Below are positions 8,429 to 17,268 of a stretch of DNA of 64,000 nucleotides, in pieces. This DNA is from Sumerlaeia bacterium (lineage in GTDB: Bacteria > Sumerlaeota > Sumerlaeia > SLMS01 > JAHLLQ01), in NCBI GenBank assembly GCA_040219255.1, contig JAVJSW010000065.1, positions 32,001 through 96,000 on the forward strand, in the 5' to 3' direction. The position numbers were made by a program, and so were the translations under genes. Under the pieces are notes generated by a model that saw nothing but the letters and a program-made list of their open reading frames with translations, made no database searches and had not been told where the DNA came from. Each line of letters starts with the position of its first letter. Positions within the stretch are counted from its first letter, which is position 1.

Positions 8429-9879
8429 CCGTTACCTCCGCCGACATTTCAGAAATTGTAGCAGACGCGCTTGTCGTTTGTCCCCTCAACGGGTCACTCG
8501 GGGACAAAAAAGACAAGATACACGTAACAGACAAAACAGACAAGATGCACAAGACAGACATCGGCCCCCACGCGGGAGCTTTCGCCAAGGCGGTGCGGGC
8601 GGGGACGACGGGGCGCGAGTGGTTCTGCACGCTGGCGCCGGATTCGGGGGCACGGACGACGCATTTGCTGCTGGAAGCGGCGGAATTCGACGCGCCGCTG
8701 ACGGGGCTGGCGGCGTTGCGGGCGATGGCGGCGCGGTGCGTGGCAACGTGCCGGGCCTACGACCTGAGGCATCTGGCAGTGGCGGCGGCGGGCGAAGGGG
8801 CGGAGCTGCTGGTGCGTGGTTTCGTGGAGGGGGCGCTGCATGGCGATTGGGTGGACGAGCGGTTCGTGGTGGGCGAAGGGCGTGGGGAGCTGAAGCTGAC
8901 GTTCTGCGTAGCGGCGGAGCGGGTGGCGGAGCTGGAGTCGCTGGCGGAGGCGTGCCGGACGACGATGGGTTCGGTGAACTTGGCACGGCAGATGGCGACT
9001 TCGCCGCCGTCGCTGGCTTCGCCGGGGGATCTGACGGAGCAGATGGGCGAGTTCGCGCGGCGCGAGGGACTCGAGATGACGGTTCTGGACGAGTCTTCGC
9101 TGCTGCGGGCGGGTCACCGTGGGGTGCTGTCGGCGGGGGCGCGGGAGACGCGGGTGGCGGTGCTCAAGTACCGGCCGGCGGAGAGGCGGCTGCACCCGGG
9201 GCTGGGCTTGGCGGCGATGGGGCGGTTGCAGGCGCCGGAGGCTGAGCAGCCGAACGAGTACGCGGCGGCGGCGGTGGCGTTTGGGGCGTTCCACGGGGCC
9301 GTGAAGAGGCGGTTGCCGGTGCGGCTGACGCTGGCGGTGGGGTTTGCGCAGGGGCCGATGCAGGGCCAGGGTTGGATCCCGGGGGAAGTACTGGTGGACG
9401 CGAGGGGCCGGCGGGTGGAGTTGGGCGCGGCGGACCGGGCGGGGTTGCTGGGGCTGGCGGATTTGGCGGCGATGGCGGCGGAGGATGGCCCGGAGGTGGT
9501 GTTGGCGGTGGGAGGCACGACGCCTGGGGACGGCCTGGCGTACGGGGGGCATCTGGGGGCGATCGCGACGCGGAGCGAGGCGCTGGCGGAGCGTCTTCAA
9601 CGGGCGGCGGCGGAGGCGGAGGAGGCGGTTGGGAGGCTGCCGGTGCTGACGGAGGCTCAGTTTTCGACAAAGGGTGAGCGGCTGGAGTGGCGCTTGCCGG
9701 AGGTGAAGGGGCCTGGGGGGCAGCTGAGGGCGGCGGCGTTCCTGGACCGGTTCGCGGGGCCGGATGCGGAGGCGTTCGGCTGGCTGGACCTGAGCGGGGG
9801 GCAGGGCTCGGAGGGCTTTGGAGTGAGGCTGCTGGGGCGATCGATCGAGGCACTGGGCGAGTCGGAAAGGTTGTCCTGA
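8416..9879 (+). CDS. M17 leucyl-aminopeptidase-fold protein with degenerate metal-binding motifs
   Basis: PepA-like landmarks 'SVNLARQMATSPPS', 'LKYRP', 'PGEVL..RGRRVE', 'AAAFLDRF', 'WLDLSG' and 'GFGVRLL'. The canonical GKGITFD, DMxG and NTDAEGR motifs are replaced. Confidence 0.7.
   Translation: MASLTVTSADISEIVADALVVCPLNGSLGDKKDKIHVTDKTDKMHKTDIGPHAGAFAKAVRAGTTGREWFCTLAPDSGARTTHLLLEAAEFDAPLTGLAALRAMAARCVATCRAYDLRHLAVAAAGEGAELLVRGFVEGALHGDWVDERFVVGEGRGELKLTFCVAAERVAELESLAEACRTTMGSVNLARQMATSPPSLASPGDLTEQMGEFARREGLEMTVLDESSLLRAGHRGVLSAGARETRVAVLKYRPAERRLHPGLGLAAMGRLQAPEAEQPNEYAAAAVAFGAFHGAVKRRLPVRLTLAVGFAQGPMQGQGWIPGEVLVDARGRRVELGAADRAGLLGLADLAAMAAEDGPEVVLAVGGTTPGDGLAYGGHLGAIATRSEALAERLQRAAAEAEEAVGRLPVLTEAQFSTKGERLEWRLPEVKGPGGQLRAAAFLDRFAGPDAEAFGWLDLSGGQGSEGFGVRLLGRSIEALGESERLS
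8503..8565 (+). repeat. In-frame A-rich 9-nt tandem repeat (7 degenerate units) inside the M17-like gene
   Basis: GACAAAAAA GACAAGATA CACGTAACA GACAAAACA GACAAGATG CACAAGACA GACATCGGC, encoding DKKDKIHVTDKTDKMHKTDIG. Confidence 0.6.
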
Positions 9880-10002
9880 CGAGGGGCGGAGGCGGGGTCG
9901 AAATTCCGGGCGGACGGGGGCGGAGTTGCTCTTGCTTTGGTGGGGTGGGGCCCCTAGGGTATGACTCCTTTTGAGAACATTGAACTTTCACGAGCGAACC
10001 CC

Positions 10003-10935
10003 ATGACGGATACCAGCCTGAGCGCAACCACCCAGCCCAAACCGGGCGTGCCGACCGATGTGAAGTCGGAAGTCGTCTATATCGACGGCGAGTTTTTTGC
10101 CAAGGCGGACGCGAAGATCAGCGTGTTCGATCACGGCTTCCTGTATGGCGACGGGGTATTCGAGGGGATTCGGCTGTACGGCGGGAACGTGTTCCGGCTG
10201 AAGGAGCACCTGGAGCGGCTGTGGATGTCGGCCCAGGCAATCATGCTGGAAATCCCGATGACGCCGGCGGAAATGGCAGACATCGTGTGCGAGACCTGCC
10301 GGCGCAACGGGCTGGAGGATGGCTACATCCGGTTGGTGGTGTCGCGGGGGGCGGGGACGCTGGGGCTGGACCCGCGGAAGTGCCTGAACCCGAGCGTGAT
10401 CTGTATCGCGTCGACGATTCAGATCTATCCGAAGGAATTGTACGATCAGGGTCTGGCGATCATCACGGCGGCAACGCGGCGTATCGCGCCGGATACGTTC
10501 AGCGCGCGGGTGAAGAGCTTGAACTACCTGAACAACATCATGGCCAAGATCAACGCGAACAACGCGGGGGTCCTGGAGGCGCTGATGCTGAACAGCGAGG
10601 GGCACGTTGTGGAGGCTTCGGCGGACAATGTGTTCCTGGTGAAGAACGGGGTGCTGATCACGCCTCCGACGTTCATCGGTGCGTTGAAGGGCGTGACGCG
10701 CGACGCCGTGATGGAGATTGCCGAGGGCCTGGGCATCGAGGTGCGCGAGGAGCGGTTCGCGCTCTATGAGGTGTATACGGCGGACGAAATGTTCCTGACG
10801 GGGACGGCGGCCGAAGTCATCAGCGTGACGAAGGTGGACGGACGCGTGATCGGCGATGGCGCGCCGGGCCGGGTAACGAAGCGTATCCTGGAGAAGTTCC
10901 GCGCGATGACGACCACCGACGGGGTGCGGATCTGA
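10003..10935 (+). CDS. ilvE: Branched-chain amino acid aminotransferase
   Basis: Motifs 'FDHGFLYGDGVFEGIR', 'HLERL', 'YIRLVVSRG', PLP lysine in 'KSLNYLNN', 'GVTR' and 'EMFLTGTAAE'. ORF 9961..10935; ATG 10003 preferred. Confidence 0.95.
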   Translation: MTDTSLSATTQPKPGVPTDVKSEVVYIDGEFFAKADAKISVFDHGFLYGDGVFEGIRLYGGNVFRLKEHLERLWMSAQAIMLEIPMTPAEMADIVCETCRRNGLEDGYIRLVVSRGAGTLGLDPRKCLNPSVICIASTIQIYPKELYDQGLAIITAATRRIAPDTFSARVKSLNYLNNIMAKINANNAGVLEALMLNSEGHVVEASADNVFLVKNGVLITPPTFIGALKGVTRDAVMEIAEGLGIEVREERFALYEVYTADEMFLTGTAAEVISVTKVDGRVIGDGAPGRVTKRILEKFRAMTTTDGVRI

Positions 10936-10967
10936 GCGCCCTGGACGCGGATTCGGCGCGGGTCTGC

Positions 10968-11645
10968 GTGATCATTCCAGCCCTGAACGAAGAAGAAAGC
11001 ATCGGTCTGGTGCTGGGGGATTTGCCCTGGGACCGAATCGAGCGCGTTATTGTCGTGGATAACGGTTCGACGGACCGCACCGGCGAGGTGGCGGCCTCGG
11101 CTCATGAAAAGGTTCGCGTGGTGCGCGAGGAGCGGCGCGGGTACGGGCAGGCTTGCCTAACGGGGATCGCGAACCTTCCGGAGTGCGAGGTGGTGGCGTT
11201 TCTGGACGCGGACTACAGCGACCACCCGGAGGAGATCGACCGGGTGCTGGGGCCGATCCTGGCGAACGATGCGGATTTCGTGGTCGGGTCGCGGATGCGT
11301 GGCGAGTCGGAGGAGGGGGCGCTGCTGCCGCAGGCGCGGTTCGGCAATGCGCTGGCGTGTTTTCTGATGCGGGCGATCTGGCGTTACCGGTGGACGGATC
11401 TGGGGCCGTTCCGGGCGATCCGCCGCGATGGGCTGGAGCGTATCGGGATGACGGACACGAATTTTGGCTGGACCGTGGAGATGCAGATCAAGGCGGTACG
11501 GCGGGGCCTGCGATGCGCCGAGGTGCCGGTGAGTTATCGGCGGCGGGTGGGGGTCAGCAAAATCACGGGGACGATCAGCGGGACGTTCCGGGCCGGGTAC
11601 AAGATTCTGTACGTCATCGGAAAGTACGCGATTTCGGGTGACTGA
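10968..11645 (+). CDS. Glycosyltransferase family 2 (DPM/DPG-synthase-like)
   Basis: Motifs 'IIPALNEE', 'VVDNGSTD', 'GYGQAC', 'FLDADYSD', 'TDLGPFRAI' and 'WTVEMQIKA'. The true start may lie a few codons upstream. Confidence 0.9.
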   Translation: MIIPALNEEESIGLVLGDLPWDRIERVIVVDNGSTDRTGEVAASAHEKVRVVREERRGYGQACLTGIANLPECEVVAFLDADYSDHPEEIDRVLGPILANDADFVVGSRMRGESEEGALLPQARFGNALACFLMRAIWRYRWTDLGPFRAIRRDGLERIGMTDTNFGWTVEMQIKAVRRGLRCAEVPVSYRRRVGVSKITGTISGTFRAGYKILYVIGKYAISGD

Positions 11646-12886
11646 TGCGGGGATCTGTGCCTAGAATTGACGGCATGATGCGCATTTACTTTAGTCTCTT
11701 CCTTTTGCTATTCTCTCTGGCTCTCCCCCGCCCTGGCGGGGCGCAATCTTGGCTGATGAATGGCCAACCGGCGACGGAGCGGGCCAGGAACGTGATCCTG
11801 ATCATCGCCGACGGGATGTCGCAGACGCATGTGGATTACGCGGCCTATACGATGTTCGGCAGTCAATCGATGACGGGCAACGCGCCGCCGAGGCTGGCGT
11901 TCGAGGAGTTTGGCAGCAACGGGTTGCTGACGACGTATTGCCTGAATTCGTTTGTGAGCGAGTCGGCGAGTTGCGGCACGGCGATGGCCACGGGGCGTAA
12001 GACGAATCTGTGGCATGTGGGGGTGGGGCCGGATTGGGAGCCGATGGACACGATCGCGGAAATTGCCGACCGCCGGGGCAAGGGGGTCGGCATCGTGACG
12101 AACATGGCGGTGAACCACGCGACACCGGCGACGTTCTATGCGAAGGTGATGCACCGGCGATTGGTGAACGAGATCTGGCAGCAGTTCTTCGAGGTGCCGT
12201 TTGTGGATGTGATTCTGGGCGGGGCTGTGTTGCAGCAATACCCCGGCGAGGAGATCCCGGATCACGAGCCGATTCCGGAGTCGGAAATCGTGGCGGCGGC
12301 GCGGGGGGCGGGCTACCTGTACTTTACGCTGGAGAACCTGGAAGAGCTGGATCCGGTGGCGATGAGCGGGCGGAAGGTCTTTGGCACGTTCGATGACACG
12401 CCGGACGACCATATGGTGTTCGCGACGTCGCGGACCTTGGAATCGCGCGAACCGGAATTGGCGGAATTATCGGTGATGGCGCTGGATTTGTTGAGGGCGC
12501 ATGAGGAGGGGTTTTTCCTGATGATCGAGGCGGGGACCATTGACCTGACTGGACATCGGACGGATCCGGAGATTTTGCTGGGGGAAATGAAGACGCTGCA
12601 CGAAACGGTGCTGGCGGTGAGGAAGTGGCTGGAGGAGACGGGCCGGGCTGAGGAGACGCTGGTGATTGTGTGCGCGGACCACGATTGCGGCGGTCCGGCA
12701 ATGGTGGGGCCGATTTTCCGGAATCTGGAACCGGGGCAGACGCCGGAGATCCGGTACGCCGTGGATAACCACACGGCGGTATCCGTTCCCATTTGGGCGA
12801 CGGGGCCGGGGGCCTGGCGAGTGCGGGGCAAGAACGACAATACACATGTGTTCACGGTCATGCTGAACGCCTTTGGCTTCTACTAG
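11645..12886 (+). CDS. Secreted alkaline phosphatase (PhoA family)
   Basis: Signal peptide, then 'NVILIIADGM', 'ESASCGTAMATG', 'HATPA', 'EAGTIDLTGH', 'ADHDCGG' and 'HTAVSVP'. Confidence 0.9.
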   Translation: MRGSVPRIDGMMRIYFSLFLLLFSLALPRPGGAQSWLMNGQPATERARNVILIIADGMSQTHVDYAAYTMFGSQSMTGNAPPRLAFEEFGSNGLLTTYCLNSFVSESASCGTAMATGRKTNLWHVGVGPDWEPMDTIAEIADRRGKGVGIVTNMAVNHATPATFYAKVMHRRLVNEIWQQFFEVPFVDVILGGAVLQQYPGEEIPDHEPIPESEIVAAARGAGYLYFTLENLEELDPVAMSGRKVFGTFDDTPDDHMVFATSRTLESREPELAELSVMALDLLRAHEEGFFLMIEAGTIDLTGHRTDPEILLGEMKTLHETVLAVRKWLEETGRAEETLVIVCADHDCGGPAMVGPIFRNLEPGQTPEIRYAVDNHTAVSVPIWATGPGAWRVRGKNDNTHVFTVMLNAFGFY

Positions 12887-12947
12887 GGCAGCTTTGGCAT
12901 CAATGGCGCGTGGCGAAGGAGGAGCCGTTTGGGAGCGGCCCGACGCC

Positions 12948-13694
12948 ATGCAACGTCCAACTTTTCTGAAGCCCTCGCTGTCCATTTTCAAGTTCGCGCT
13001 GAAGGCGCTGTTCTCGCCGACTTACGCGGTGGCGAGGGTGCTGAAGCACCTGACGGCGCGGAGAATCCGCCGGACGCCTTCGGTGAAGAAGTTCTTGCGT
13101 TATCGTTCGGCGAAAGCGAATTTGATGGAGTGGATGGATACGGGCTATTTGATTCTGAGCCTGATATTGTGTATGAGTTTCTTGGTGGTGGACTTTTTCA
13201 TTGGAGAGTCGCCGATCCGCAATTGGAATCGAAGCCTTGGATATTGGCCGATGTTGATCGCGAGCTATCTGTATTTCCAATCGCGCAATAACGAGATCCT
13301 CTTGGCGTTTGTCTCGGACGCGGTGGACAAGGTGCGTATTCCGCACGGTTCCAGCGCGTTGAGACCGTCACAGCGAGTGGCGATGGCGCTGCGGAGTTAC
13401 GGAGAGGCCATCATCAATGCGGCGGCGGTGTTCTATTTTATGCCGCGCGATTGGTTTGGCTCGAACCCGGAGAATCAGATCAAGGATTTTGCCGAGGCCC
13501 TTTATTATAGTGCGGTCACGGTAACGGCGGTGGGCTATGGCAGTATTTCTCCGCAGCACTTTATCGCCCAATGGTTGTCGGTTCTGGAAGTTTTCACCGG
13601 GTTCGGTTTGTTGTTTGTGGCCTTTACGATTTATACGAGCCTGGAGGAAAATCCGATGAAGCCGTTCAATTCCGAGTCTCAGAAATCTTCTTGA
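12948..13694 (+). CDS. Potassium-channel pore domain (Ion_trans_2) membrane protein
   Basis: 'FAEALYYSAVTVTAVGYGSISP' pore helix and filter flanked by TM helices. The 3' end overlaps the convergent mutS by 29 nt. Confidence 0.8.
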   Translation: MQRPTFLKPSLSIFKFALKALFSPTYAVARVLKHLTARRIRRTPSVKKFLRYRSAKANLMEWMDTGYLILSLILCMSFLVVDFFIGESPIRNWNRSLGYWPMLIASYLYFQSRNNEILLAFVSDAVDKVRIPHGSSALRPSQRVAMALRSYGEAIINAAAVFYFMPRDWFGSNPENQIKDFAEALYYSAVTVTAVGYGSISPQHFIAQWLSVLEVFTGFGLLFVAFTIYTSLEENPMKPFNSESQKSS

Positions 13695-16383
13695 GTTCGG
13701 CGAGGACGGCGAGGGCTTCGAGGGGCGTGAGGCGGTTGGGATCGACGAGTTTGAGGCGCTCGACCGCCGGATTGGGCGGCGCGGTGTCGAACAGGGAGAG
13801 TTGGCGATCGGACCAGGGATCGGCTTTGGGCAGGATCGAGGCCTTCTTCTTGGCCGTCATGGCTTTCGCTTCGGATTCTTCGCCGACTTCGCCGACGCGT
13901 GGGGCGACGGCCTCGCCGGCTTCGAGGCGGCCCAGGATTTCCCAGGCGCGATGGACCACGGGCGCGGGAACCCCAGCGAATTCAGCGGCATGGATACCGT
14001 AGGACTCGTCCGCCGGGCCGGGGATGAGTTTGTAGAGGAAGACGATTCGTTGTTTCTCCTCGAGCACGGCGACGTGGAAGTTACGCAGGCGAGGCATGGC
14101 GGCTTCGAGGGCGGTGAGTTCGTGATAGTGGGTCGCGAAAAGCGTTTTGGCGCGCTGGCCGGGCGTGTTGTAGAGGTACTCGCAGACCGCCCAGGCGATG
14201 GAAAGGCCATCGTAGGTGGAGGTGCCGCGGCCGATTTCGTCGAGGATGACGAGGCTTCGGCTGGTGGCGTTGCGCAAAATATTGGCGGTTTCGGTCATCT
14301 CGACGAGGAAGGTGCTTTGGCCGCGGACGAGGGCATCGTGGGCGCCGACGCGCGTGAAGATGCGATCGACGAGCGCGATGTTGGCCGAGCGCGCGGGGAC
14401 GAAGCTGCCCATGTGGGCCATCAGGGTAAGGAGGGCTGCCTGCCTGATATAGGTGGACTTACCCGCCATGTTGGGGCCGGTAATGAGGGCAACTTGGCAA
14501 TCATCGGGGCTGAGCATTACATCGTTGGCGACAAACGGCGGGTCGGTCTGGATTGCCTCCAGGACGGGGTGGCGGCCGTCGAGAATCTCGATGAGTCCGT
14601 CGTCGTTGATCTGGGGACGGACATAGCGGCCGGAGATGGCAGTTTCAGCGAGGGAGCGGAGGCAATCGATCTGGGCGACGATTTCGGCGTCTCGGAGAAC
14701 ATCGACGGCGCGGTCGGCCACGCGGCGCCGCAGTTCATCGAAGAGCTGGGCCTCGAGGGCGGCGATGCGGTCCTCGGCGTGGAGGATGATGTCTTCCTTT
14801 TCTTTCAGTTCCTGGGTGATGAAGCGCTCGCCGTTGGCGATGGTTTGCTTGCGGATGTAGCCCTCGGGCGGTTCGCCGCCGATGGCGCGGAGCTGGGCTT
14901 TTGTGAGTTCGATGTAGTAGCCGAAGACTTTGTTGAAGCCGACCTTGAGCTTTTCGGCGCCGACGCGCTGGGCCTCGCGGGCGCGGAATTGGGCGATCCA
15001 GTCCTTGCTGTTGCGGGCGGTGAATTTAATTTCGTCGAGGTCGGGCGAGAAGCCTTCGCGGATGACTTGGCCGCCGGAGAGGGTGGTGGGCGGTTCCTCG
15101 ACGAGGGCCTCGGCCAGCGTATCCGCGAGGTCGTCGAGCGGATCGATGCGGCTGCTGAGGTCTTTGAGAAGGTTGGACTTGGAGGAAGCGAGGGCTTGCT
15201 TGAGGGCGGGCAGGCGGCGAAGGCCTTCGCGGAGGGTGCCGAGGTCGCGGGGGCCGGCGTTGCCGATGCTGGCTCGGCCGACGATGCGCTCAAGGTCGCG
15301 GACGCCACGCAGGGCTTCGCCGACGACGGTGCGCAGGTTGAGGTGATCGACAAAATCGCCGACGGCTTCCAGGCGGGACTCGATATCCGATTGATTACAC
15401 AGGGGTTGCAGCAACCAGGCGCGCATCATGCGGCCGCCCATGGGCGTCTGGGTGCGATCGATTACGGAGAGGAGGGTGCCCTCGCGGCTTTCGTGCTGGA
15501 GGCCGCGGACGAGTTCGAGGCTGCGCTGGGTGACGGCGTCGAGGACCATCGAGCCCTGAGCGAAATGCACCCGCAGGTCGGCGATGTGGGCGATGGCGGA
15601 GCGTTGGGTTTGCTTCAGATAGCGCAGCAGCGCGCCAGCCGCGGCGATCCCGGCGGTGAGGTCCTCGGCGCCGTAGCCTTCGAGGCTTTGCACGCGGAAG
15701 TGATCGAGGAGAAGCTGGCGGGCCGGCTCGGGCCGGAAGTCGTCGCGCGGACGATTGGAAACGGTGAGGTTGCGTTCGAGGAAAAGAGGTTCCAGGAAGG
15801 GAGCTTCGGCGTCGTCGGGCAGGAGGATTTCCTTCGCCTCGAGGCGCTCCAGTTCGTTGAGAAGGCGGCCCTGGGCATCGTCGGCCGACGTTTCCGAGAG
15901 GGCGAAAAAGCCGGTCGAAACATCGGCCACGGCGACGCCCCAAACGGGAGTGGATGACCCCTTGGCTTTGATGGGGCAGAGGGCGACGAGGTAGTTGTTG
16001 GCTTTGTCTTCGAGAAGGGCTTCGTCCGTTGCGGTGCCTGGAGTTACGACGCGCATGACCTCGCGCCGGACGAGGCCCTTGGCCTGCTTCGGGTCCTCGG
16101 TCTGCTCGGCGACGGCGACGCGTTTGCCGGCGCGGACGAGTTTGGCGATGTAGCCCTCGGCCGCGTGATACGGCACGCCGGCCATCGCCACATCGCCGTC
16201 CTTGCCCATGCCCTTGCGGGTGACGATAATGTTCAGCAGGCGCCCGGCTTCTTCGGCGTCTTCGGCGTAGGTTTCGTAAAAATCCCCGCAGCGAAAGAAC
16301 AGAATCGCATCCGGATACTCACGCTTCAACCCCGCGTACTGGCGCATCATGGGCGTGGAGAAAGCGTCGAGAGAGGCGGTCAT
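13666..16383 (-). CDS. mutS: DNA mismatch repair protein MutS
   Basis: Motifs 'TPMMRQY', 'GDFYE', 'MAGVPYH', Walker A 'TGPNMAGKSTY', 'GQSTFLVEM', 'DEIGRGTST' and 'FATHYHEL'. Confidence 0.98.
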   Translation of the reverse strand: MTASLDAFSTPMMRQYAGLKREYPDAILFFRCGDFYETYAEDAEEAGRLLNIIVTRKGMGKDGDVAMAGVPYHAAEGYIAKLVRAGKRVAVAEQTEDPKQAKGLVRREVMRVVTPGTATDEALLEDKANNYLVALCPIKAKGSSTPVWGVAVADVSTGFFALSETSADDAQGRLLNELERLEAKEILLPDDAEAPFLEPLFLERNLTVSNRPRDDFRPEPARQLLLDHFRVQSLEGYGAEDLTAGIAAAGALLRYLKQTQRSAIAHIADLRVHFAQGSMVLDAVTQRSLELVRGLQHESREGTLLSVIDRTQTPMGGRMMRAWLLQPLCNQSDIESRLEAVGDFVDHLNLRTVVGEALRGVRDLERIVGRASIGNAGPRDLGTLREGLRRLPALKQALASSKSNLLKDLSSRIDPLDDLADTLAEALVEEPPTTLSGGQVIREGFSPDLDEIKFTARNSKDWIAQFRAREAQRVGAEKLKVGFNKVFGYYIELTKAQLRAIGGEPPEGYIRKQTIANGERFITQELKEKEDIILHAEDRIAALEAQLFDELRRRVADRAVDVLRDAEIVAQIDCLRSLAETAISGRYVRPQINDDGLIEILDGRHPVLEAIQTDPPFVANDVMLSPDDCQVALITGPNMAGKSTYIRQAALLTLMAHMGSFVPARSANIALVDRIFTRVGAHDALVRGQSTFLVEMTETANILRNATSRSLVILDEIGRGTSTYDGLSIAWAVCEYLYNTPGQRAKTLFATHYHELTALEAAMPRLRNFHVAVLEEKQRIVFLYKLIPGPADESYGIHAAEFAGVPAPVVHRAWEILGRLEAGEAVAPRVGEVGEESEAKAMTAKKKASILPKADPWSDRQLSLFDTAPPNPAVERLKLVDPNRLTPLEALAVLAELKKISETRN

Positions 16384-16497
16384 GGGAGAGGGAATGGGGT
16401 TGGGGGCGGGAGGTGGTCAAGGGGGGAGTTGAAGACGAGAGCAAGGGAACGTACCAATGCATCACGATAGAGGCATAATTCGAAACGTTGAACAACT

Positions 16498-17262
16498 TTA
16501 TATTACAGTATAATTTTCCGGTATATCCTCGCATTGTTCGCCGACCTTTCCTGGAAACAATGCTTCAATACTCGCCTTCGTCTTGTTGCTGGAATGGCGG
16601 ATTTCAAATTTCGTCAGGCTCTTGCTTTGGGAAAGCGTAGTGAAAGCGTTAAGGCTCAACCCCCTACACATAACACATAAGACTGTGTGGAGATTCGGGG
16701 CTTTGGCCAATCCCTCCAGCGAAGTCAAATCCTTCAACGACTCGAGGTCCACGCGGCGTAAACGAGTGAGGCCGGAGCAGTCAGGAAACGAGGAGACACC
16801 ACTTACGGAGGAAACTTCAAGATACTGCAATTGAGACAGCCCGCTTATAAATTCCAAATTTTGCAGTTTCTTCAGGTCAACAAGCAAGAGTGCCTTTAAC
16901 CTAGACAGTTTTCCGATACTTTGAACATTCTTCGGTACGGAGGAGAACAAGTACAGTATTTCTAGACAGGTGATATCCTTCAGAGGGTCCAGTGTCTCTA
17001 TCTTCGTAGAAGTTAGCGACAAGTCTTCGAGTTGACTAAGCCCTGATATTCCCTCGAAATTCTTCGGGGTACCGATCAGTTGTAAATTCTTGACAAATGC
17101 CATCGCTTCCCACGGCACGTGGGCAAATGCAACGTCGTCCATGTCAAGAGCAAGACTTGTTTCTCCTCGATCCCTAAGCTCTTCACAGAAGCTGACGAAG
17201 CCCTCATCCGATACCCCGGACGGGTGAGTTGGCATTTGCTTGTAATCGCCGTATTCAATCAT
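16498..17262 (-). CDS. Leucine-rich repeat protein, probable cognate immunity protein of the RHS toxin
   Basis: About seven LxxLxL units (LSQLEDLSL, ITCLEILYL, LSRLKALLL, LSQLQYLEV, LTRLRRVDL, APNLHTVLC, SKSLTKFEI). Starts 6 nt after the RHS stop, is AT-rich like the toxin tip, and has no signal peptide. Confidence 0.8.
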   Translation of the reverse strand: MIEYGDYKQMPTHPSGVSDEGFVSFCEELRDRGETSLALDMDDVAFAHVPWEAMAFVKNLQLIGTPKNFEGISGLSQLEDLSLTSTKIETLDPLKDITCLEILYLFSSVPKNVQSIGKLSRLKALLLVDLKKLQNLEFISGLSQLQYLEVSSVSGVSSFPDCSGLTRLRRVDLESLKDLTSLEGLAKAPNLHTVLCVMCRGLSLNAFTTLSQSKSLTKFEIRHSSNKTKASIEALFPGKVGEQCEDIPENYTVI

Positions 17263-17268
17263 ATGCAG

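Noticed and set aside
13666-17262. Functional link between mutS and the adjacent nuclease toxin locus
   Set aside because: mutS is a canonical housekeeping gene with host-like composition, separated by a 114-nt gap. The adjacency is most simply the island boundary.
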